Notes under the pieces: generated by a model | The model's database searches: none | Seen by the model: the letters and a program-made list of their open reading frames with translations, nothing else | What the model was told of the DNA's origin: nothing | Program-made: the position numbers and the translations under genes | NCBI GenBank assembly: GCA_977020255.1 | Contig: CDROCS010006357.1 | Location: 124,001-188,000, forward strand | Origin: Obrimoposthia wandeli | Lineage: Eukaryota | Direction: 5' to 3' | Length of the DNA: 64,000 nucleotides | Part shown: positions 36,153-46,003 of the stretch, piece by piece | Position numbering within the stretch: the stretch's first letter is position 1 | How the letters are laid out: the number at the start of each line of letters is the position of its first letter

Positions 36153-38048
36153 ATGAAATTCAAGGATCTGCGAGACTTTATTGAGTACCTCGAGCAAGAA
36201 GGTCAATTAAAGCGCATTAAGCAGCCTATCGATCCAAATCAGGAAATCACCGAAATCTGTGACCGTACTTTGCGTGCGGGTGGTCCAGCATTACTGTTTG
36301 AAAATCCAATTGGTTATGATATTCCGATACTCGCGAACCTTTTTGGCACCCCTGAACGCGTAGCGATGGGCATGGGTCGTCAAGACGTTAAAGAGTTACG
36401 TGAAGTCGGGAAATTGCTTGCTTACTTAAAAGAACCTGAGCCCCCTCGCGGTTTTCGGGATGCCATGGATAAGCTTCCCGTGTTCAAACAAGTATTGAAC
36501 ATGCCAACGAAACGTCTGCGTAAAGCACCTTGTCAGCAAGTGATTTGGGAAGGTGACGATGTTGATTTAGATAAAATCCCAGTAATGAGCTGTTGGCCTG
36601 ATGATGTCGCACCGCTATTAACATGGGGCTTAACCATTACCAAAGGGCCGAATAAACCTCGTCAGAATTTGGGTATTTATCGTCAACAAAAAATCGCAAA
36701 AAATAAGATTATTATGCGTTGGTTAGCTCACCGTGGTGGTGCGTTAGATCTGCGTGACTGGATGGACACCCATCCTGGCGAACGGTTTCCTATTTCTGTG
36801 GCTTTTGGTGCCGATCCTGCGACAATTCTTGGTGCGGTTACCCCGGTGCCAGACACCTTATCTGAGTATGCATTTGCAGGCTTGCTACGTGGCAGCAAAA
36901 CCGAAGTAGTAAAAAGCCTTAGTAACGACTTAGATATACCAGCCAGTGCTGAAATTGTGCTTGAAGGCTACATCGACCCGAATGAGTTTGCAGATGAAGG
37001 TCCATATGGTGACCACACGGGCTACTACAACGAAGTTGAACGTCATCATGTGTTTACCATTACGCATATAACAATGCGTAAAGATCCTATTTATCACAGC
37101 ACGTATACGGGACGTCCACCTGATGAACCAGCAGTATTAGGGGTCGCACTCAACGAAGTCTTCGTGCCTATTTTGCGCAAGCAGTTCCCTGAAATTGTGG
37201 ATTTTTACTTACCGCCAGAAGGTTGTTCGTACCGCATGGCTGTCGTAACCATGAAAAAACAATATCCGGGTCATGCTAAACGCGTGATGATGGGGATATG
37301 GTCTTTTTTGCGTCAGTTTATGTACACCAAATTTGTGATTGTCCTTGATGATGACGTGAACGCACGTGACTGGAACAGCGTTATTCAGGCAATGACAACA
37401 AGAATGGATCCGGTTCGTGATACGCTGCTGATAGAGAACACCCCGATTGATTCACTCGACTTTGCATCTCCTGTGTGTGGTCTTGGCTCAAAGATGGGAC
37501 TGGATGCCACAGTGAAGTGGGAAGCTGAAACCGCGAGTACACCCAGTGGAACCAGTCAGATAGCCTCGGATTTCGATATTGAAATGGGCACTCGTACCTT
37601 ACTCACGCAATTTCCAGAGATTGTCGATTTTTATTTACCACTGGAAGCGGATACAAATAGTATGGCTATCGTGAGTATCAAAAAAAATGCCGCAGGTCAT
37701 GCTACTCGCGTGATGGACGGAGTCTGGTCGTTCCTGAGTCAGTTTACGGATGCGAAATTTGTGATTGTATGTGACGATGATGTCAATGTACGCGATTGGA
37801 ATGATGTTATTTGGGCGATAACCACCCGAATGGATCCAAGCCGCGATACATTACTGATCGCCAATGCACCGATAGATTCATTGGATCTTACTTCGCCTGT
37901 TGTAGGTTTAGGCTCTAAAATGGGACTAGATGCGACCAATAAATGGCAAGGTGAAACGGCTCGCGAATGGGGTACACCCATTACCAAAGATCCAGAAATC
38001 GTTGCAAAGGTGGATGCCATCTGGAACGAACTGGGTATTTTAGATTAA
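36153..38048 (+). CDS. ubiD: 4-hydroxy-3-polyprenylbenzoate decarboxylase with duplicated C-terminal domain
   Basis: [20 protein letters not shown]; 631 aa with an internal repeat. Confidence 0.95.
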   Translation: MKFKDLRDFIEYLEQEGQLKRIKQPIDPNQEITEICDRTLRAGGPALLFENPIGYDIPILANLFGTPERVAMGMGRQDVKELREVGKLLAYLKEPEPPRGFRDAMDKLPVFKQVLNMPTKRLRKAPCQQVIWEGDDVDLDKIPVMSCWPDDVAPLLTWGLTITKGPNKPRQNLGIYRQQKIAKNKIIMRWLAHRGGALDLRDWMDTHPGERFPISVAFGADPATILGAVTPVPDTLSEYAFAGLLRGSKTEVVKSLSNDLDIPASAEIVLEGYIDPNEFADEGPYGDHTGYYNEVERHHVFTITHITMRKDPIYHSTYTGRPPDEPAVLGVALNEVFVPILRKQFPEIVDFYLPPEGCSYRMAVVTMKKQYPGHAKRVMMGIWSFLRQFMYTKFVIVLDDDVNARDWNSVIQAMTTRMDPVRDTLLIENTPIDSLDFASPVCGLGSKMGLDATVKWEAETASTPSGTSQIASDFDIEMGTRTLLTQFPEIVDFYLPLEADTNSMAIVSIKKNAAGHATRVMDGVWSFLSQFTDAKFVIVCDDDVNVRDWNDVIWAITTRMDPSRDTLLIANAPIDSLDLTSPVVGLGSKMGLDATNKWQGETAREWGTPITKDPEIVAKVDAIWNELGILD

Positions 38049-38067
38049 CTATTTAGGTTAATTCACG

Positions 38068-38349
38068 ATGTCAGAAACTGAAACGAAGCATCAAATACAC
38101 CTATTGCCTCATGATCTTGTTTTTATTGCCAGCGAGCAAGAAACGATTTTAGAGGCTGCGCTCAACGCAGGTGTTGCTTTCCCTAACCGTTGTCAGGTTG
38201 GAGCATGTGCGATGTGTATGTGCCGAAAAGTTTCTGGCGAGATAAGCTACCAACTAGAGCCTATGCTTACAGAGAAAGAGCAGGCGCAAGGTTGGATGTT
38301 TACCTGTCAGGCCGTCGCGCAGAGCGATGTGGTTTTACAGTTAGATTAG
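38068..38349 (+). CDS. 2Fe-2S ferredoxin (plant type)
   Basis: CQVGACAMC (Cx4Cx2C) plus distal FTCQ Cys. Confidence 0.9.
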   Translation: MSETETKHQIHLLPHDLVFIASEQETILEAALNAGVAFPNRCQVGACAMCMCRKVSGEISYQLEPMLTEKEQAQGWMFTCQAVAQSDVVLQLD

Positions 38350-38358
38350 AGGAATATA

Positions 38359-39087
38359 ATGTCAGCGATAACAGCAATGCCCACCAAATGTGAAGTGACG
38401 TCAGTAGAGCCACTTGCCTGCAATACATTTCGTATTCTGCTAAAGCCAGAACAGAATGTTGATTATAAAGCCGGTCAGTATCTACTCGCGGTAATGGGCG
38501 AAAAAGATAAGCGTCCATTTTCGATAGCAAGCAGCCCTTGCCGTGACGGTGAGCTTGAATTACATATCGGCGCTGCAGAGCATAACCCTTATGCGATTGA
38601 AGTTGTTGAAGCCATGAAGGCGGCGTTAGCAAATGGCACAACTGTTGAAATTGAAGCCCCACACGGTGATGCTTGGGTTCGTGATGATAGCGACAAACCG
38701 TTATTGATGATTGCTGGTGGTACGGGCTTTTCTTATGTACGTAGTATCTTAGATAACTGCTTAAGCCGCGGTGTTACTCAACCTATCTTTGTATATTGGG
38801 GGGGGCGTGATGCTTGTCAGCTTTATGCGCACGATGAACTGCAAGCATTAGCGAAACAGCACAGTAACCTTACCTATATACCTGTCGTTGAAGATGCACC
38901 GAAAGAGTGGGTTGGTAAAACAGGGAATGTACTAGAAGCCGTTAGCAATGATTTTGTGAGTCTATCAGCGTACGACATTTATTTGTGTGGTCGTTTTGAA
39001 ATGGCTGGCGCGGCTCGTGAGCAATTTACGGCAGAAAAAGGTGCAGATCGCGAGCGTATGTTTGCTGATGCATTTGCATTTATTTAA
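38359..39087 (+). CDS. fre: NAD(P)H-flavin reductase
   Basis: [25 protein letters not shown]. Confidence 0.94.
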   Translation: MSAITAMPTKCEVTSVEPLACNTFRILLKPEQNVDYKAGQYLLAVMGEKDKRPFSIASSPCRDGELELHIGAAEHNPYAIEVVEAMKAALANGTTVEIEAPHGDAWVRDDSDKPLLMIAGGTGFSYVRSILDNCLSRGVTQPIFVYWGGRDACQLYAHDELQALAKQHSNLTYIPVVEDAPKEWVGKTGNVLEAVSNDFVSLSAYDIYLCGRFEMAGAAREQFTAEKGADRERMFADAFAFI

Positions 39088-39164
39088 GAATACGATAAGC
39101 AGCGTGTGACTATCTGAGGTTAGTCGCGGATTCCAAAACTGCGTTAGCTTATCTATGAATATTG

Positions 39165-39192
39165 AAAGGCGAGATTATCGATCTCGCCTTTT
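39165..39192. terminator. Bidirectional terminator fre/asnC
   Basis: aaaggcgagat-tatcg-atctcgcctttt. Confidence 0.8.
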
Positions 39193-39255
39193 CTATTTGA
39201 ACCGTATTATTTTCAGCCATACCGCCACAAAAGCAGCACGGGTATTGAGCTGGCA

Positions 39256-39717
39256 TTAAGGTTTTACGTTACGACTAATTGGATTTTGCAGCGAAATTAA
39301 TGTTTCAGTCGATTGCACTTCATCGATAGCTTGAAGCTTATCAATGAGTACATATTGCAATTCTTCAATCGAATGGCACATCAGTTTAACGAAAATGTTA
39401 TAAGCGCCAGTGGTGTAATACGCCTCAACGACTTCATCCAACTCTTTGAGCTTTTCTATGGCGGAATGGTAATCGCGAGCAGCATTTAAATTAATCCCAA
39501 TGAAACAACATACGTCATAGCCCAATAATTTAGGATTCACCACCACTTCAGTTCCTGTGATGATTTCTGATGCTCGCATTTTTTCTACCCGAACATGCAC
39601 GGTAGCTGGGCTTACATTAAAACGCTTTGCCATTTCGGCGTAAGGTATTCTCGCATCATGCATTAATGCTTTTAAAATATCGCGATCTAAGTCATCAATC
39701 CGAGGGTGCTGGGTCAT
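39256..39717 (-). CDS. asnC: AsnC/Lrp-family regulator
   Basis: IDDLDRDIL..DARIPYAEMAKRFNVSPATVHVRVEKM; YYTTGAY; start corrected to ATG 39717. Confidence 0.9.
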   Translation of the reverse strand: MTQHPRIDDLDRDILKALMHDARIPYAEMAKRFNVSPATVHVRVEKMRASEIITGTEVVVNPKLLGYDVCCFIGINLNAARDYHSAIEKLKELDEVVEAYYTTGAYNIFVKLMCHSIEELQYVLIDKLQAIDEVQSTETLISLQNPISRNVKP

Positions 39718-39871
39718 TATTTTAGCCAATCCATTGTTTATACGTAACAGCTCATATCTTATACTGTTTTGCATTTCAGGTTCATACCTAACAATAAAAT
39801 AGAGTTATAAGCACTGTAAAGGAATGACAGTGCTCAGTGGCTGATTCACCTCATTCCAGGTAACCAAGATC

Positions 39872-42800
39872 TTGTTGTCGTTTATGCGTTTTATCATTTT
39901 ATGTTTGATGGGCTTTCTTACACTCCCATCTTTTGCTGAGCCGGCAAAAAACACCCTCGTTATTCACTCTTACCATCAAGGGTTGTTGTGGACCGACGCC
40001 TTGCAAGCGGGATTAGAGGCAGCAACACGGCCTTATAATATTCCATTGAATGTCAGCTATATGGATACCAAGCGTTATCAATCTGAATTCGATCTTGCCA
40101 AGCGATTAGAGATTTATCGCGATAAGTTAACCAATGAGAAATTTGATGCGATCGTGGTGACGGATGATTATGCCTTGTGGTTAGTCAATCAATTGGCCGC
40201 TGAAGTCGGCAATACACCCATAATCCTTGGTGGAATTAATGATTACACGCCGACGAAGCATGAGCAGCTGAAGTTTGTAACAGGAGTATTAGAGGTTGAT
40301 AGTGTGGTTGATAATATTCAATTGGCGCGCTCATTACAGCCAAATCTAAAACATATCTACTTTTTGGCTGATGACACCTATACCGGGCGAAGCTTTTGGG
40401 AAAAAGTTGAACGTTATTTGGCACAAGCCCCCATGAATGGTGTTCAATTTACACGGCTTCCCATTGAGGAGTTCTCAGCGTTATTTGATCATGCGAGTAA
40501 GCTTCCTCCCAATTCTGCGGTGATTTTTCTGAGCTATTTTAAAGATAGTGCAGGGTATTATATGGCGAGTGATGTTTTTTTACAGCAGTTCACTGAGCGG
40601 GCTTCAGCACCTGTGTACGTTTCTTATCGTTATATGTTGGATCTTGGCGCGACCGGCGGGGTCGTGACGAGTGGGGTTGAACAAGGCCGTAAAATGGGCT
40701 CAATATTGGTAAAAGTCCTTAATGGTAAAAAGGGTGAGCTTCCTGAATTTATTGATAACTCAACTCAAATTGCATTTAACTATCCACAACTTAAACGGTG
40801 GGGGTTAACGGTTACTGAACAGTATGCATTGTTAATCAATAAGCCAGTTACGTGGTATGAATATTATAATAAAGAACTAAAAGCACTCAGTATCTCGGTT
40901 ACATTAATGGGGGTTGTCATTGTTTTATTGGTACTGATGATTCGCCAATTACGAAAGAGTGAACAAGAATTACAACAAAGCCAAGCCCTGTTTGAGGGGG
41001 TATTCGATCAAAGTTTTCAATACATCGGCATCCTGGATTCGAGCGGGGTATTAATCTCCGGTAACCTCGCCTTACAGAATTTACTGGGGCATAAGATCAT
41101 TAAATATGATCGTCCGCTATGGCGCTGGCACTGCTGGCAACAGGAAACAGCCGTTAAGCTCAATCAATCATTTATTTCAGCCCAGCAAGGACAGCTTCTC
41201 CGCTTTGAAGCTCCGGTGCAAAGCGTTGATGATGGAATACGGGTATTAGATATCTCGATTAAAAATATGCCGATGGCGCAAGGTGAAAGTGAGCAAGTAT
41301 TGATTGAGGCGCGTGATGTTACCTCACGTCATCAGATGGAAGATAAATTACGTGAGCGTGAGGTGAGCTATCGCCTACTCTACGAACAACAACCGGTCAT
41401 TCTTTTAGCCATCGACAGTCAAGCGCGCATTCAGTCGGTTAATCAGTTTGCCGCCGATTTATTGGGTTATAAAAAACGCGATATGTTGGGGCATAAAGTG
41501 ACTGACTTTTATTTAGACGATGACGTCTTACCGCAAAAATTTATTTCAAGCTCCAGATTGAATGACGATCAAATCGTTTGGCGCAGACAACTTAGATATA
41601 AATGTGCAGAAGGTAAAGCCGTATGGGTGCGTGAAACCATTCGTTCAACCCAATCGAAATTGCAGCTTTTATTGGTGGGGGAAGATATAACTTCAACACG
41701 AGAGCTGGAAGAAAAATTGGAATATCAAGCTTGCCATGATTACCTTACCGGATTACTCAATCGCAACTATTTTGAAACTCAGCTAGAAAATGTCTTAGTC
41801 GAAGCCAGAGAAAATGAAACTCGGCATGCGATGTTTTATATCGATTTAGATCAATTTAAAGTGATCAATGATACGGCTGGGCATGAAGCGGGCGATGAAG
41901 CATTAAAGCAAGTTGCATTACTGCTACAAGAGATAACCCCTGAACACGCGACATTGTCGCGTTTAGGTGGGGATGAATTTGCCATTATTTTACGGCATTG
42001 CACGCAACATGAAGCAGTGACATTTGGTGATGAAATTCTACACTTGTTAGAAGGGGCTGAGTTTTTCTGGCAAAGCACCCGCTTCAGTTTTAGCTGCTCG
42101 TTAGGTATTCGTTTAATTGATGAGACTGCAGGCTCTCCTCAACAGGTTCATGCTCAGGCTGATACTGCTTGTTATGCCGCTAAAGACGAAGGGCGTAATC
42201 GGTTGCACCTCTATCACCCTGATGATGAAGAGCTCAAACGGCGTGAATTGGAAATGGAATATGTGAATCATATTCATCAGGCATTAGCTGAGCAGCGATT
42301 TGAATTGCATGCCCAGCAAATTGCACCAGTGACATCAGGTTCGACGAAGCAGCATTATGAAATATTGGTAAGAATGCGTAATCGTGATGGCAGCATGGTA
42401 TCTCCTGGGCTCTTTATGCCCGCTGCTGAGCGTTACAATATCGCTCACCTGATTGATCGTTATGTCGTGAACGGGGTTATTGAGTGGCTGCAAGCCAATA
42501 AAGAGGCCGTTGAAAAACTCGAATTATGTTCGATTAACTTATCGGGGCAATCGATGGGAAATCGAGACTTTGTTGGTTTCTTGATTGAACAAATTCGTGA
42601 TTCAGGTTTACCGCCATCGAAACTGTGTTTAGAAATAACGGAAACCGCGGCAATTGGTAATATGAGCGAAGCGATCCAATTGTTTACCCAGTTGAAAAGC
42701 CTTGGTTGCCTCATTGCATTAGATGACTTTGGTTCGGGGTTATCCTCATTTGGCTATCTGAAGCGGATGCCTGTCGATATTATTAAAATTGACGGCATGT

Positions 42801-43033
42801 TTGTGCGTGACATTGCAGAAGATGAAATGGATTTTGCGATGGTTAAAGCGATTAATGAACTTGCAAAGAAGATGGGCAAGCGAACGGTCGCTGAGTTTGT
42901 TGAAAATGAAGCTATTTTAATGCGCCTGCAAAGCCTCGGGGTAGATTACGCGCAAGGTTATTTATTTGGTAAGCCGAAGCCTTTAGCGGAATTAGTCGCG
43001 GAATTAAGCCAAGATGAAATCTCGGTGCTATAA
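39872..43033 (+). CDS. Periplasmic-sensor PAS-PAS-GGDEF-EAL c-di-GMP enzyme
   Basis: Signal/TM, periplasmic domain (VIHSYHQG..WTD), second TM, PAS domains, LGGDEF, EIL variant and DDFGSG, QGY. Confidence 0.92.
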   Translation: MLSFMRFIILCLMGFLTLPSFAEPAKNTLVIHSYHQGLLWTDALQAGLEAATRPYNIPLNVSYMDTKRYQSEFDLAKRLEIYRDKLTNEKFDAIVVTDDYALWLVNQLAAEVGNTPIILGGINDYTPTKHEQLKFVTGVLEVDSVVDNIQLARSLQPNLKHIYFLADDTYTGRSFWEKVERYLAQAPMNGVQFTRLPIEEFSALFDHASKLPPNSAVIFLSYFKDSAGYYMASDVFLQQFTERASAPVYVSYRYMLDLGATGGVVTSGVEQGRKMGSILVKVLNGKKGELPEFIDNSTQIAFNYPQLKRWGLTVTEQYALLINKPVTWYEYYNKELKALSISVTLMGVVIVLLVLMIRQLRKSEQELQQSQALFEGVFDQSFQYIGILDSSGVLISGNLALQNLLGHKIIKYDRPLWRWHCWQQETAVKLNQSFISAQQGQLLRFEAPVQSVDDGIRVLDISIKNMPMAQGESEQVLIEARDVTSRHQMEDKLREREVSYRLLYEQQPVILLAIDSQARIQSVNQFAADLLGYKKRDMLGHKVTDFYLDDDVLPQKFISSSRLNDDQIVWRRQLRYKCAEGKAVWVRETIRSTQSKLQLLLVGEDITSTRELEEKLEYQACHDYLTGLLNRNYFETQLENVLVEARENETRHAMFYIDLDQFKVINDTAGHEAGDEALKQVALLLQEITPEHATLSRLGGDEFAIILRHCTQHEAVTFGDEILHLLEGAEFFWQSTRFSFSCSLGIRLIDETAGSPQQVHAQADTACYAAKDEGRNRLHLYHPDDEELKRRELEMEYVNHIHQALAEQRFELHAQQIAPVTSGSTKQHYEILVRMRNRDGSMVSPGLFMPAAERYNIAHLIDRYVVNGVIEWLQANKEAVEKLELCSINLSGQSMGNRDFVGFLIEQIRDSGLPPSKLCLEITETAAIGNMSEAIQLFTQLKSLGCLIALDDFGSGLSSFGYLKRMPVDIIKIDGMFVRDIAEDEMDFAMVKAINELAKKMGKRTVAEFVENEAILMRLQSLGVDYAQGYLFGKPKPLAELVAELSQDEISVL

Positions 43034-43138
43034 TCCTGCGCCTTATTAGCATTATATTCAGTTGAGCCCGCCTTAAACCTCTATCGCGATGTGATTGTGA
43101 AGAGAAATGCTAAGACAATTTTAGAACCGGAGAGTGTT

Positions 43139-43909
43139 GTGCAGTTAGCTTTAATTTGTGAAAACCCAGAGCGCCAGAATGAACTGGATGAATTAGCACA
43201 ACGCTGGGGTCTGAGCCACGATGAAAACAGTATTTTTGCGTTAGTGCTGACAGATTCTCAACTTGAGTTACGTAAATTAGACGAAGCAAAGTTGGGGGCG
43301 GTATTTGTCGATCTTGTGGGCGGCGCAGCGGCGCATCGACGCAAGTTTGGCGGCGGCCGTGGTCAGGCGATAGCTAAAGCGGTTGGTTTAAAGAAAGGGG
43401 TAATGCCGCGAGTATTAGATGGTACCGCAGGCTTGGGGCGTGATGCCTTTGTATTGGCGTCGCTAGGTTGTACCGTGCAAATGGTTGAGCGTCACCCTGT
43501 GGTTGCAGCACTATTGGATGACGGGTTAGCACGAGCAAAACAAGATCCTGAGATTGGAGGGTGGATTACCGAACGCTTATCGTTATTGCATGCATCAAGC
43601 CAGAATGCATTAGTTAAGTTGTTAGAAGACCCCGATTTTATTGCTCCTGATGTGGTGTATCTTGACCCTATGTACCCACACAAGAAAAAATCGGCTTTAG
43701 TTAAAAAAGAAATGCGCGTATTTCAAACGTTAGTGGGTGCAGATAACGATGCCGACAGTTTATTCGCACCGGCCATGGCATTAGCAACGAAGCGTGTTGT
43801 TGTAAAACGCCCTGATTATGCAGAGTTTTTAGCTAATGCTAAGCCTTCTACGGCAATTGAAACGAAGAAAAATCGATTTGATGTGTATGTAAAAGCTGCA
43901 ATGACGTAA
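43139..43909 (+). CDS. rsmJ: 16S rRNA m2G1516 methyltransferase
   Basis: [32 protein letters not shown]; GTG start after SD ggaga. Confidence 0.94.
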   Translation: MQLALICENPERQNELDELAQRWGLSHDENSIFALVLTDSQLELRKLDEAKLGAVFVDLVGGAAAHRRKFGGGRGQAIAKAVGLKKGVMPRVLDGTAGLGRDAFVLASLGCTVQMVERHPVVAALLDDGLARAKQDPEIGGWITERLSLLHASSQNALVKLLEDPDFIAPDVVYLDPMYPHKKKSALVKKEMRVFQTLVGADNDADSLFAPAMALATKRVVVKRPDYAEFLANAKPSTAIETKKNRFDVYVKAAMT

Positions 43910-43958
43910 ATTATTAGGTAATCTAACTGATAATGATTAGCGTTTGCTGGGGGTGAAC

Positions 43959-44450
43959 ATGACCAAAACCTTGTGTAAGTTTCGTCGTATTGAGATTGCA
44001 GATAAATTTTCGACGATCACGAGTATTATTAGTCAGCCTAAATATGTGTGTAGCAGTTGTGCTCGTTCAGCAAACGATAAAGCTTATTTATGTAAGCCTA
44101 GTGCGCTTGGTAAGCCGGTTAAAAGTAAACGTGTGAATAGTGCGCCTATTGTGATTGCAACCCCAAGTATTGCGCCAACGTTGCCCCCGACCTTGCCGAT
44201 TACGAATGTAGTCTCTCAAACCAAGGTACATTCATTGCCTGCACTTTCTATGGGAGCGCAAGCGCAGCTTCAAGCGATGGTAATTATCGAGCAAGAACAA
44301 GTAAAACCTGAGGTTGTTTTTACCAAGAAGCAGGTGAAGAAATTGAAAAAGCTCGCGAAGAAAAAGAATAAGCAATTAAAGCAAGCTGCCAAAGCCGTAA
44401 AGCAATATAACAAAGCGTTAAAGAAGGCGAAAAAAGCCTTAAATCTGTAA
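43959..44450 (+). CDS. Hypothetical protein: N-terminal Cys motif plus Lys-rich C-terminal helix
   Basis: LCK..YVCSSCAR..LCKP; Pro/Ile linker; KKLKKLAKKKNKQLKQAAK tail; terminator follows. Confidence 0.75.
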   Translation: MTKTLCKFRRIEIADKFSTITSIISQPKYVCSSCARSANDKAYLCKPSALGKPVKSKRVNSAPIVIATPSIAPTLPPTLPITNVVSQTKVHSLPALSMGAQAQLQAMVIIEQEQVKPEVVFTKKQVKKLKKLAKKKNKQLKQAAKAVKQYNKALKKAKKALNL

Positions 44451-44475
44451 CATATTGAGCATCAATTTCACCCAC

Positions 44476-44504
44476 AAAAAAGCCTCCATTAGGGAGGCTT
44501 TTTT
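44476..44504. terminator. Bidirectional terminator
   Basis: aaaaaagcctcc-atta-gggaggctttt. Confidence 0.8.
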
Positions 44505-44524
44505 ATATTTCATAGATTGTCGTA

Positions 44525-44614
44525 TTAAGATTCTTTAATTAGAACCGCTGTCATCAAACAAGTGACCACAGAAACAACAATACCAGAAACAATGATCCAC
44601 GGAAGCATATCCAT
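44525..44614 (-). CDS. Putative 29-aa single-pass membrane peptide MDMLPWIIVSGIVVSVVTCLMTAVLIKES
   Basis: Manual translation (below the ORF-track cutoff); ggata SD-like sequence upstream; terminator 20 nt after the stop. Confidence 0.6.
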   Translation of the reverse strand: MDMLPWIIVSGIVVSVVTCLMTAVLIKES

Positions 44615-44761
44615 AGTGCGTTATCCAACAAGTAGCGACTAGAGGCTGTATTGAATAACTTTTACATACTGCTATCAATGGGCCAGATATAAGTTGAAAT
44701 GACTATTAACATTTAGTAACAATGATCCATGTATAGCGAGTGTTTCATGGTCGCAAGGTAT

Positions 44762-44788
44762 AAAAAAGCACCCGTTCGGGTGCTTTTT
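44762..44788. terminator. Terminator of the hemCDXY operon
   Basis: aaaaaagcaccc-gttc-gggtgcttttt. Confidence 0.85.
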
Positions 44789-44815
44789 GATAAAGAATAT
44801 TATGTTAGCTAAATG

Positions 44816-46003
44816 TTAACTTTTAGCTGGTAGCGCTAAGGTTAATGCCTGACGTGAAACATCTGCAGCACCTTGGTTATCATTTAATTTATCAAGTACT
44901 TCTACAAGGTAAGCATAATCTGACACTGCTGAACCAAGCTTAATCGCTTGTTCGAAATGCGTTTTTGCTTCTTCCCATTTCTGCTCTCGGATAAATAGTT
45001 GCCCCAAGGCGCTGTGAGTTGCTGGGTTGCTGCTATCAAAACGCAGTAGGTCTTGAAGGCGTACAATCGCAGGGTGCACATCGGGTAGGTTGAGTTCAGC
45101 GACTAATGAAATAAGCCGAGGATCGGTCTGCTTTTTCAGTGAATCGCATAATACTGTGTACGCTTCTGAATCAGCTTTGCGTTTAATCATCTCTTTGACA
45201 AAACAACAAATCAATTCTGGGCGTTGCTTGGCTTTACGGTTCAGTGTATTCCAGCGACCCATTAAGCCATCACTACCGCTGTGTTGACCGATGTGTGCCA
45301 TTAAGCCACATTCTGCCTGTAGCTCTAACTCAGTCGCCTGTGGTGCGGTTAATACACCCGTCTTTTCTAGTTGTGGCAGTAAGCTTAATAGCGGTTGCCA
45401 ATCTTCTAGTTGGATATAGCAGTCTTTTAGCAGTGCTAACAAAATAGGGTTGCGATTGTTATTTTGTTTGATGTCTTGCAGTGTTGCTAATGCTTGTTCG
45501 TATTGCGCTTGACGGTACTGCAATTTAGCGCGAGTTAATGCAACGGCTAGGCTGTTATCATCAAGCTCAGCTGCTTGTTGAAGGTATTCATCACGCAGTG
45601 TGGCATTCCCTTGACCTTGTGCTGCTTCTGCTGCTGCAAGGTAGTTTAGTAATGGTGTATCACTGTGTTTTGCTGATTTAACAACCAGCTTTTCTGCTTG
45701 TTTCCAATCACCTTCAATGACTTTCATTAAGCCATTTGATGTTTGTACTCGCGCCTTACGCACTTTACGCCCACTGAACCAACCGCGTGTTGAGCTGCCA
45801 GCTGACAGTAAACGCTTAATAATGGTTTCTACTAAGAAGAACACACCAAATAATACAACCACTAATAAAATGAGCGTGGTTAGGCTCATTTCAATGGTCT
45901 GGTTCGCGGCAGAGATCAAGACATAGCCTTGATTACCCGCAAGCATAGGCCCGACGACAATACCTGCAATCAGCGCAGCTACCAGCAGTAAAAGTTTAAT
46001 CAT
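44816..46003 (-). CDS. hemY: HemY (TPR membrane protein of the hemCDXY operon)
   Basis: GNQGYVLIS, EGDWKQAEK, TPR-like C-terminus; synteny. Confidence 0.9.
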   Translation of the reverse strand: MIKLLLLVAALIAGIVVGPMLAGNQGYVLISAANQTIEMSLTTLILLVVVLFGVFFLVETIIKRLLSAGSSTRGWFSGRKVRKARVQTSNGLMKVIEGDWKQAEKLVVKSAKHSDTPLLNYLAAAEAAQGQGNATLRDEYLQQAAELDDNSLAVALTRAKLQYRQAQYEQALATLQDIKQNNNRNPILLALLKDCYIQLEDWQPLLSLLPQLEKTGVLTAPQATELELQAECGLMAHIGQHSGSDGLMGRWNTLNRKAKQRPELICCFVKEMIKRKADSEAYTVLCDSLKKQTDPRLISLVAELNLPDVHPAIVRLQDLLRFDSSNPATHSALGQLFIREQKWEEAKTHFEQAIKLGSAVSDYAYLVEVLDKLNDNQGAADVSRQALTLALPAKS

